A stretch of DNA of 37,280 bases from Candidatus Aenigmatarchaeota archaeon (lineage in GTDB: Archaea; Aenigmatarchaeota; Aenigmatarchaeia; GW2011-AR5; JACRAC01). Both the position numbers and the translations under genes were made by a program. The notes beneath the pieces are model-generated. The model ran no database searches and was not told where the DNA came from. It saw nothing but the letters and a program-made list of their open reading frames with translations. Each line of letters starts with the position of its first letter. Within the stretch, counting starts at the first letter, position 1. The stretch is from positions 142,126 through 179,405 of the forward strand of contig JAWCMQ010000002.1 of the NCBI GenBank assembly GCA_039091255.1. The letters are read 5' to 3'. Positions 16,436 to 22,943 of the stretch are shown here, piece by piece.

Positions 16436-17164
16436 ATGCTAGCTTTACAGAATCTAGCAGATTTCTTGGAATCGGTTGCAAAGTGTATTCGTGAAAGGTT
16501 CTTCGCTACAAGCGTAACAGCCATCATACCAGCATACAACGAAGCGGCAACTGTAGGCAAAGTTGTCCAAGCAGTGTCCAAGGCAAAAGTCGATGAAATC
16601 ATAGTTGTTGATGACGGAAGTTGCGATGAGACAGCTGAGGTGGCAAGGCGCGCCGGCGCTAAGGTCCTCGTGCATGCGCGAAACAGGGGCAAAGGCTGTG
16701 CAATGAAGACTGGCCTAAACGCTGCAAGCGGGAAAATCGTCGTTTTCATAGATGCGGACCTGAAATCGCTTACTCCACAAAAAGTGAATATGCTGATAGA
16801 ACCCATATTGAAAGGCAAAGCTGATTTCGTAAAGTCTTATTTTTCAAGCTACAAGTCAAAAACGGGAACCAGCATATTCCTCTATCGCCCGCTGCTCAAG
16901 CACCTGTTTTCGACCACGGCATTCAAGCATCCGGTTAGCGGCCAAATCGCTGGCTGGAAAAGCTTTTTCGACGACATAGAATTCAGGAACGACTACGGCA
17001 TAGACATCTCCATCCTCATTGATGCCATCAGGCGCCGCATGAGGATAAAAGAGGTCTGCTTGGGAAAGTTGTCGCATAAGCCCAAGAGTCCGCGGGAAGT
17101 CATGGAAATGGCCGATGTGATAATACAGACCATACTCGAAAAGGCGGATGTATTAAAGCGTTAA
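16436..17164 (+). CDS. family-2 glycosyltransferase
   Basis: IIPAYNEA...VVDDGSCDET...NRGKG.A...FIDADL motifs. Confidence 0.8.
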   Translation: MLALQNLADFLESVAKCIRERFFATSVTAIIPAYNEAATVGKVVQAVSKAKVDEIIVVDDGSCDETAEVARRAGAKVLVHARNRGKGCAMKTGLNAASGKIVVFIDADLKSLTPQKVNMLIEPILKGKADFVKSYFSSYKSKTGTSIFLYRPLLKHLFSTTAFKHPVSGQIAGWKSFFDDIEFRNDYGIDISILIDAIRRRMRIKEVCLGKLSHKPKSPREVMEMADVIIQTILEKADVLKR

Positions 17165-17775
17165 TGCTACATGTATATCAAAAGTGGCTTGGGATAATGG
17201 ACACTGTTTCGGCTGCGGTTCTTCTTGCCATAGGCGTCTGCGTCGCTACATTGGCGAACGTGCTCATAAAGCGTGCCGCGCAGGCGACGATCTTTCGGTG
17301 GTCGAAAAGGATAAGTCACCAAGTTCACACGCGTGTTATTTTTATTGTTAACATCGTTGCGATGGCTGTTAGCGTAGCCATAGCGCTTTTCTTTTTCGCT
17401 GAAGCCATGACAGCGCTGGAACTTAGCACCGCGAGTCGCCTGTTTGAAGCGGCTTCAGCTCAGCTTTCGACGATTGTCATTGCCGGTGTGATACTTGTTA
17501 CAGGAATAATAGCCGCGAAGGTTGTGGCACTGAAAGTGGAACGCCTCGATATCCCAAATCGCCAATTTGCCGCTATGTTGCTGGAGATTTTAATCCTCAC
17601 GGCAACAATCCTCACGGCCGTAGAAAACCTCGGCCTGAAAATAACGGCTTTCATGGAGATGTTCCGTGCAGCGGTGTGGAGCACTGCCTTGGCTGTGGCG
17701 ATAATCTTTGGAATCTCAGTAGGCTTCGTGCTGAAGCCTAAGATTGCGAAATTGCTGAAAGAAGCCAGAGGTTGA
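17164..17775 (+). CDS. membrane protein with repeated conserved-TM-helix segments
   Basis: About 5 hydrophobic helices. The ATG overlaps the GT2 stop by 1 nt. Confidence 0.55.
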   Translation: MLHVYQKWLGIMDTVSAAVLLAIGVCVATLANVLIKRAAQATIFRWSKRISHQVHTRVIFIVNIVAMAVSVAIALFFFAEAMTALELSTASRLFEAASAQLSTIVIAGVILVTGIIAAKVVALKVERLDIPNRQFAAMLLEILILTATILTAVENLGLKITAFMEMFRAAVWSTALAVAIIFGISVGFVLKPKIAKLLKEARG

Positions 17776-17809
17776 TGCTCCCAGGGGGATTTGAACCCCC
17801 GTCCAGGGC

Positions 17810-17823
17810 TTTCCACTCTTTCA
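17810..17823 (-). other. tRNA-Glu intron 3 (14 nt, at or next to 37/38)
   Basis: Sense TGAAAGAGTGGAAA. Its GAAAG can pair with the anticodon-loop CUUUC. Confidence 0.5.
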
Positions 17824-17830
17824 TCGAAAG

Positions 17831-17892
17831 CTTCCGTCCGCACGCCGAAGCGTGCAGCATTCGGCTTTCTCAACTCCTTCGCAGAGCGAAGG
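17831..17892 (-). repeat. tRNA-Glu intron 2 (62 nt, between positions 31 and 32), degenerate family-A-like start
   Basis: Sense CCTTCGCTCTGCGAAGGAGTTGAGAAAGCC...GCACGCTTCGGCGTGC...GGAAG. Confidence 0.5.
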
Positions 17893-17912
17893 GCCCTTAT
17901 CCTTGACCGGGA

Positions 17913-17975
17913 TGTCCAGCCTTGCTCCTCTTTTCCGCCGGCGCATTGGCGTGCGCCACGCGAGCAAAAGGGCTG
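17913..17975 (-). repeat. tRNA-Glu intron 1 (63 nt, D-loop), family A
   Basis: Sense CAGCCCTTTTGCTCGCGTGGCGCACGCCAATGCGCCGGCGGAAAAGAGGAGCAAGGCTGGACA. Confidence 0.7.
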
Positions 17976-18060
17976 CTAGACGATGGGAGCCTGTGCAAGC
18001 CAGGGTGCCAATCACCCAGGCGAGTGGGCCGGGGCAGAATCGAACTGCCAATCTCCTGCT

Positions 18061-18101
18061 TTCCTTTTCGCCAGCACTTTGCGCGAAGCGTAAAGTGCTG
18101 C
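18061..18101 (-). repeat. tRNA-Val anticodon-loop intron, family A variant
   Basis: Sense GCAGCACTTTACGCTTCGCGCAAAGTGCTGGCGAAAAGGAA. The usual C.C mismatch is replaced by an A-U pair. Confidence 0.8.
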
Positions 18102-18121
18102 TGTAAGGCAGGCGTCATGCC

Positions 18122-18235
18122 ATTTTGCGTCGGAAGCTCTAGCTCCTTTCCGCCAGCACTTTCGCTCGAAAGCCGAGGCTTTCGGCGACTCAGGAAAGCT
18201 TCGCTTTTGCTGAGTCGCGGTTAGCAAAAGGGCTG
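18122..18235 (-). repeat. tRNA-Val D-loop intron, long family-A member
   Basis: Sense CAGCCCTTTTGCTAACC...(internal hairpins)...CGAAAGTGCTGGCGGAAAGGAGCTAGAGCTTCCGACGCAAAAT. Confidence 0.7.
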
Positions 18236-18252
18236 CACTAGACCACCGGCCC

Positions 18253-18326
18253 TGCGTTTTCTGCCAGCGCTTTCGTGAGACGAGTTCGCTTAGAGCGAAC
18301 GAGTTCATCCCAGCAAAAGGGCTTAG
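18253..18326 (-). repeat. family-A module filling the tRNA-Ser/tRNA-Val spacer
   Basis: Sense CTAAGCCCTTTTGCTGGGATGAACTCGTTCGCTCTAAGCGAACTCGTCTCACGAAAGCGCTGGCAGAAAACGCA. It starts 3 nt after the Ser discriminator and ends about 5 nt before Val +1. Confidence 0.75.
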
Positions 18327-18462
18327 CGCTGAGGGAGGGATTTGAACCCTCATGGGCTTGCGCCCGCCGCCTAACCGCAGGCTTTCCGCTGGCGCTTTTT
18401 GCTCTGCGCCAGGAAAAGGGCCATAGCAGAGCGGTGCCGTGACCTGGTTTGGCTACCTCAGC
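18327..18462 (-). tRNA. tRNA-Ser(GCU) with a ~51-nt intron at 37/38
   Basis: Sense GCTGAGG TA GCC AAACCAGGTCAC GGC A CCGCT CTGCTA [intron] A GGCGG CGGGCGCAAGCCCAT GAGGG TTCAAAT CCCTC CCTCAGC G. It has a long variable arm and discriminator G. 136 - 51 = 85. Confidence 0.8.
18373..18423 (-). repeat. tRNA-Ser intron, family A
   Basis: Sense TGGCCCTTTTCCTGGCGCAGAGCAAAAAGCGCCAGCGGAAAGCCTGCGGTT. Outer pairs are UGGC/GCCA. Confidence 0.8.
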
Positions 18463-18520
18463 AATATTTTCAACCCGCCATCACCGATTTGAAAGACGAG
18501 CTACTTGTCGTCCACTGAAA

Positions 18521-18533
18521 GATATATTTAAAG
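18521..18533 (-). promoter_or_regulatory. candidate TATA box for the tRNA Ser-Val-Glu operon
   Basis: Reverse complement CTTTAAATATATC, about 60 nt upstream of tRNA-Ser +1. It could also serve the divergent plus-strand gene. Confidence 0.3.
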
Positions 18534-18626
18534 TTTCTTATAGCTCTCGCACAAACAATATATAGCTCGAGGGCATATCATTAATTGCCTTTGCAAGCAT
18601 AAGGCATACGATTTGGAGGAGATAAG

Positions 18627-18920
18627 ATGGTAACAACATGCAACTATGCTGAAACCGTTAAAAAGGATGTTTTCACAACGAGGGGATCCTACTGCGGCAA
18701 AATATCTGACCTAGACCTTGACTTGGAGAAGTTTCGAGTAAAATCCATTGTCGTGGATATCGTTAAAGGATCCTTCCTTGCTCCGGTAGTAAGAGAGAAG
18801 CGTGGTGTGATTGTGCCATTCTCGATGGTCCAGTCCATCGGTGACATTGTAATCATAAAGCACATCACGCCGACTGTCGAGGAGCAGTCGCCCGCAGAGG
18901 CGGCGCCGCAGGCGGAATAG
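18627..18920 (+). CDS. PRC-barrel domain protein
   Basis: 97 aa. G.V.DL..D.....V..IVV...........VPFS.V..IGD.V.I is the PRC-barrel-like pattern. Confidence 0.6.
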   Translation: MVTTCNYAETVKKDVFTTRGSYCGKISDLDLDLEKFRVKSIVVDIVKGSFLAPVVREKRGVIVPFSMVQSIGDIVIIKHITPTVEEQSPAEAAPQAE

Positions 18921-18978
18921 CAGGGTAACTCGCGCAACGTCTTCTCTCGCTTTTATTTTCAGATGCATTATTAGTCTC

Positions 18979-19602
18979 ATGTCTAAACTACAAGACAGCA
19001 AGGCATACGCCCTACTCAAGAAATACGGCATCCCCATTGCGCCTTTCGTCTTGGTCAAAAACGTCAGGCAGGCGCAAGCCGCAGCCGCCAAGCTGGGATA
19101 CCCCATAGTTCTCAAAATCGACGCTGAAATAATCCACAAAGCCAAAGCCGGTTGTGTCAAAATCGTAAATAAGCCAGAAGAACTTGCCCGCGCCTATGAT
19201 GAAGTAATCAAAAACGCGAAAAAGCAGACAAAAAAGATCGCAGGAATTATAATCCAGCCTCTTATCCGCGGCTCTGAGCTTATCGTCGGCGGCAAGCGCG
19301 ACCCAAGCTTCGGGACAATCATCATGTTCGGCTCCGGCGGTGTGCTCGCAGACGTGCTCAAAGACGTCGCGTTCCGCGTTTTGCCCATTGACCGCTTTGA
19401 AGCCGAGATGATGATACAAGAAACGAAAGCGCCCGCAGCGATACCGGCCGTCGAAACCCAATCAAGGAAGGTCGCTGACGTCATACTGAAGGTCGCGCAC
19501 CTTCTCGAAGCCAATCCAAAAATAACGGAGCTTGACATCAACCCGCTGTTTCTTACCGCCAAAGGGCCCGTAGCTGCGGATGTGCGGATAATAGAGGCGT
19601 GA
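18979..19602 (+). CDS. acdB: ADP-forming acetyl-CoA synthetase, beta (ATP-grasp) subunit
   Basis: E..AK.LL..YGIP......V.....A...A..LGYPVVLKI....IHK...GGV followed by ELDINPL. Confidence 0.8.
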   Translation: MSKLQDSKAYALLKKYGIPIAPFVLVKNVRQAQAAAAKLGYPIVLKIDAEIIHKAKAGCVKIVNKPEELARAYDEVIKNAKKQTKKIAGIIIQPLIRGSELIVGGKRDPSFGTIIMFGSGGVLADVLKDVAFRVLPIDRFEAEMMIQETKAPAAIPAVETQSRKVADVILKVAHLLEANPKITELDINPLFLTAKGPVAADVRIIEA

Positions 19603-19623
19603 GCTAATCCGTCGTCATCTTTC

Positions 19624-19764
19624 CTATCTTGTTTGCCTTTTCAAGGCGCTGTTAACGGCTGCCCAATCAAGGTTTGCAAAGAACGCCTTGATGTAATCCT
19701 TGCGCTTCGGTCCGTAATCGATAAAGTGCGCGTGCTCATAGACGTCCATCATTAGCCGCCGAAG
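19624..19764 (-). pseudogene. C-terminal remnant of an Fe/Mn superoxide dismutase
   Basis: My translation LRRLMMDVYEHAHFIDYGPKRKDYIKAFFANLDWAAVNSALKRQTR matches the SOD C-terminus (LDVWEHAYYL.Y.N.R..Y...FW.V.NW..V). An in-frame stop lies just upstream and there is no N-terminal domain. Confidence 0.65.
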
Positions 19765-19946
19765 CTAATAAAACATCCGCCAAGCCTCTTGGAAGTTAAC
19801 CTACAACATTTGGCTAACCTACATTTAAGTCAGAAAACCCTCGGAAAATGTCACCTTTATATCCATTCGTTGCGTAGAAATGGAGGTAGTATAACCTGGC
19901 ATACGCCATATAAAATATATTTTGTAAAGTATACATCGGGGTGTAC

Positions 19947-20480
19947 ATGAACTTCCTTTTTGTTGGGCACACCGAGCAGGGCGTAGCTACCACTGCGCGG
20001 CTGATTGCACGCGCGGTGGTGGCGTCAGGCCTGAAAGCCCAGCTTTATTTGCCAGAGCCGGAGCGCCCCGGAGACGGCCGAAAAGCCTATCTCCGTCTTG
20101 CCAAACCTAAAGAAGAGCTTCTGGAGAAAGGCCCTATCTCAGCGCCCGATTTCGTCCTTGTCTTCGACGCCGGTATGGTAAAAGAGAAGGTAAAGGACCT
20201 AAAAGAGCGTTCTGTCATCATCGTCAATTCAAAAGAAAGATTCACGAGCCCCCTCCTTGCAAAGAAAAAGGTGAAAGTGCTGAGCATTGATGCCACAGGA
20301 ATAGCGCTTTCTGCCACGGGCCGCCCGTTTCCGGCCGCGCCCATGGCGGGTGCGCTGTCGAAGGCGTTCCCGAAGCTGTCGCTAAAGGTGTTGCGGTCGG
20401 CTATAGAGGCTGAATTTTACGGCCATGTTGCAGAGCACCAATCTGCAGCCGAGCAGGGCTGCAAGATGGCGAAATGGTAA
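19947..20480 (+). CDS. 2-oxoacid:ferredoxin oxidoreductase gamma-like subunit (divergent)
   Basis: Size, position and pattern (F.G...QGV.T.A.L.A.A....G...Q..P....PD.VLV.D) fit POR-gamma. GRGGQG is replaced by GHTEQG. Confidence 0.6.
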   Translation: MNFLFVGHTEQGVATTARLIARAVVASGLKAQLYLPEPERPGDGRKAYLRLAKPKEELLEKGPISAPDFVLVFDAGMVKEKVKDLKERSVIIVNSKERFTSPLLAKKKVKVLSIDATGIALSATGRPFPAAPMAGALSKAFPKLSLKVLRSAIEAEFYGHVAEHQSAAEQGCKMAKW

Positions 20481-20773
20481 TCTTGATGGACCTGCTGCGC
20501 GCAGGAGAGAAATTCGTGGTAAGAATGAAATCCGAATCAGAAATCAAGCCGAAGCTTGAAGCCCAAGTGGCTGCAGCGCCAGTCTTCTGGCGCGCCGTAA
20601 AGCCTGTGGCAGACCCAAAAATTCCAGCGGATCGCGCCTGCGCACTGTTCTGCCCGCACGGAGCAATCGCTTGGGCTGACGGGCGCGTGAAAATAGATTA
20701 CAGCCGCTGCGACGGCTGCCTAATATGCTTGCGCGAATGCCATTCGGGCGCAATCAAGGAAGTCCGAGAATAG
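20474..20773 (+). CDS. POR delta-like ferredoxin subunit with only one complete Cys motif
   Basis: CDGCLICLREC is complete. The first motif is reduced to CALFCP. It overlaps the gamma gene by 7 nt. Confidence 0.55.
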   Translation: MVILMDLLRAGEKFVVRMKSESEIKPKLEAQVAAAPVFWRAVKPVADPKIPADRACALFCPHGAIAWADGRVKIDYSRCDGCLICLRECHSGAIKEVRE

Positions 20774-20797
20774 GAATAGCTCGCCGAAAGGTGTGTT

Positions 20798-21796
20798 ATG
20801 CGTCATGGTGGAAAAATGGAACTCTTAAGCGGTCCCCAGGCAGTCGCTCACGCAGCTCGGGCTGCTGGAGTAGGCTGCGTAATCGGGCACGACGCCGTCA
20901 GCAAAGCCGCCCGAGCGCTAAAAGGCGAGACATGGGCGTCTGAGCTCCTCGACCTTCATGGCGACTCGGCCACCAGCGCGGCCGCAGCCCGCACGCTAGC
21001 TGGCCAGCGCTGCCTTGTCGAAAACGCCCAAAGCACGAAGCCTCTCGCGCTTGCTCGTCTGCCCGTCGTTTGCACGTCGCCAGAGCCCAAGAACTGGTCG
21101 ATTGTGCTTGCGCCGGCGAACGCTCAGGAAGCGCTTGACGATGCTATCCTTGCATATGCGTTGGCTGAGAAGTCGCTCTTGCCGGCGACTGTGGTGATTG
21201 ACAAGCTCTTGGTGGAAACGTCTGAGACGGTGGAGATTCCTCCGGAAAAGGCTGTGAAAAGCTTCCTCGGCGCGCTCAGCCTGGACAAGCAGCATGCTCG
21301 ATTTGCCCGCTACGACCTTGAAGGTTGCGCGCTGGCGCAGAGGGCGATGGACGCTGCAAAGGCGACCATTCCGAAGCTCTCGCAGGAATGGAAGAAGCGC
21401 TTCCGCAGGACGCTCGAGCCGTTCGAGGCGTTCATGGTTGAAGATGCAGAACTCGCATTCGTGACATACGGATCGTGTAGCAGCAATGCCCGCCTTGCCG
21501 TGCAAGCGCTGCGTCAGCAGGGCGAGAAAGTCGGCCTGTTGCGGCTGCATGTGCTGCGCCCGTGGCCAGAAGCCGAATTGCACGCGGTTCTTCAGAATGT
21601 TAGTCGTCTTGCCGTGGTGGATGGCCAAATTTCATTTGGAACATGGTCAAAGTTGTACCAGGGTATAAAGACGTGGCATGCAGGCTTCGCTTCAGACTTC
21701 ATAGCCAGCGACGTGCTTACAGCGCAAGATTTCATAGACATTGCTCACCGCCTTCGCGCCGCTTCGGCGCCGGAGCGCGTGTGGATGGTACGATGA
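20798..21796 (+). CDS. POR alpha-like subunit (divergent, short)
   Basis: The C-terminal part (FVTYGS....A..A...LR..G.KVGLLRL..LRPWP...L) is POR-alpha-like. The N-terminal YPITP-type motif was not seen. Confidence 0.6.
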   Translation: MRHGGKMELLSGPQAVAHAARAAGVGCVIGHDAVSKAARALKGETWASELLDLHGDSATSAAAARTLAGQRCLVENAQSTKPLALARLPVVCTSPEPKNWSIVLAPANAQEALDDAILAYALAEKSLLPATVVIDKLLVETSETVEIPPEKAVKSFLGALSLDKQHARFARYDLEGCALAQRAMDAAKATIPKLSQEWKKRFRRTLEPFEAFMVEDAELAFVTYGSCSSNARLAVQALRQQGEKVGLLRLHVLRPWPEAELHAVLQNVSRLAVVDGQISFGTWSKLYQGIKTWHAGFASDFIASDVLTAQDFIDIAHRLRAASAPERVWMVR

Positions 21797-21833
21797 CGAA
21801 ACCCAAGCAACGGGCTGAGCTATAGGCGTCAAA

Positions 21834-22244
21834 ATGCAATTCCGTGCAGGCCGGGAGGCCTATGAAGAAAAATACAAGCGTGCGCTTGAGCTGCACAAAA
21901 CCGGAAAAAGCATAGCGGGCATCGCTGCAGAGCTTGGTGTCTCATATTCGGCAGCTTATCACTGGATAAAGGGTTTGAGAAAGCCTGAAGCGGGAAACCT
22001 TCGGAAATTCGAGGCGTTTTTGCGCGAGCATGGCCCAACGCCAGCCGCAAACGTCAAGGAAACTTTCCCAAAGCACAACGAGCTGTATCACACGGCTGCC
22101 GCACGTAGCGGCACTATACGCCGTCACGTGCTGAGTAACCCGCGGGCTTTCGGCGAGCTCGCGACGTGGTACTACCTCGCCGGACAGGAAGCCGAATTGA
22201 AAGCGAGGATAAAAGTGCTGTTAGAGACATTGTCGAAGAAATAG
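21834..22244 (+). CDS. helix-turn-helix protein inserted between POR alpha and beta genes
   Basis: KTGKSIAGIAAELGVSYSAAYHWIKG is a Hin/resolvase-type HTH. No catalytic domain. Confidence 0.55.
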   Translation: MQFRAGREAYEEKYKRALELHKTGKSIAGIAAELGVSYSAAYHWIKGLRKPEAGNLRKFEAFLREHGPTPAANVKETFPKHNELYHTAAARSGTIRRHVLSNPRAFGELATWYYLAGQEAELKARIKVLLETLSKK

Positions 22245-22253
22245 GGTGAAAAA

Positions 22254-22925
22254 ATGCATCAGGGGTGTGGACTTCAGCTTGCGTACAAGATAATAAAAGA
22301 CTCGGGCATTTTGTCTGCGCCAAAGGAGACGGAAAAGCTCGGCAAAGCCAGACCTGCCCAACTGTTCATCTCGCCAATTGTAGCGCAGCATGTGCTCGAA
22401 TCGGTGAATTACGTTCAGCTCCCAGATCCGGCAGCCGCGCCGTCGGGAAGCATCGCTATGTCGGACGACCTGACAGCGCGTGAGCATATGTCGTCTTTTG
22501 CCCAAGCAAAAGATCTCCTGTTTGTCTGCGTGAATGTCTCAGGGAAGCCAGGCCTGGCAAAGCGCTTCGGCATAGGCGCTTGGTCGGCAACTGCGAGCCT
22601 AGCGTTTTACGATGACCTCGTCGCCAAATTGCAGAAAGCCGCAAAGCAGACTGGCCTCAGGTTCGTAGAGATATTGACGCCATGCCCGAAACTCTGGCGC
22701 TCGGAACCTGCCAACACCGTTGAAATAGCCCGCCAAGCCGTTGAAACCGGCCTTTGGCCGCTTTACGAGCTTGACCATGGTCGTTTCACGCTCAGCTATA
22801 AGCCGCCGAAACTTGCGGCCGCTGATGCTTTCGCCAGCTTACAGAAGCTAATAGTCCCCGATCGTGTGGTGCTCGAAAAATCGTGGCGCTTGATGACGCT
22901 CGGCAAGCCATTCGAAGCAGAGTGA
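22254..22925 (+). CDS. POR beta-like subunit (truncated/divergent; no GDG TPP motif seen)
   Basis: The C-terminal FVEILTPCP..W.......EIAR.AVETGLWPLYE....FTLSY is POR-beta-like. It is 223 aa, against my recollection of roughly 300 for this subunit. Confidence 0.55.
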   Translation: MHQGCGLQLAYKIIKDSGILSAPKETEKLGKARPAQLFISPIVAQHVLESVNYVQLPDPAAAPSGSIAMSDDLTAREHMSSFAQAKDLLFVCVNVSGKPGLAKRFGIGAWSATASLAFYDDLVAKLQKAAKQTGLRFVEILTPCPKLWRSEPANTVEIARQAVETGLWPLYELDHGRFTLSYKPPKLAAADAFASLQKLIVPDRVVLEKSWRLMTLGKPFEAE

Positions 22926-22943
22926 TCTGCGCTTCAGCCGCTC

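Larger units (their letters stand above)
17776..17990 (-). tRNA. tRNA-Glu(UUC) with three inferred introns
   Basis: Sense exons GCTCCCA TC GTCT AG | TCCCGGTCAA GGAT A AGGGC | CTTTCGA | GCCCT GGAC GGGGG TTCAAAT CCCCC TGGGAGC A. 215 = 76 + 63 + 62 + 14. Confidence 0.65.
18025..18252 (-). tRNA. tRNA-Val(UAC) with two introns (D-loop 114 nt, 37/38 41 nt)
   Basis: Sense GGGCCGG TG GTCT AGTG [114] GGCA TGAC G CCTGC CTTACA [41] A GCAGG AGATT GGCAG TTCGATT CTGCC CCGGCCC A. 228 - 155 = 73. Confidence 0.8.

Noticed and set aside
16136-16442. ORFs of 71-86 aa around 16136-16442.
   Set aside because: They overlap the well-formed tRNA-Leu gene and its flanks.
19889-19899. A third occurrence of the acctggcata core upstream of the POR gamma gene.
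   Set aside because: Only ~10 nt match, without the flanking GTGGTG or the A-rich tract. This is compatible with chance.
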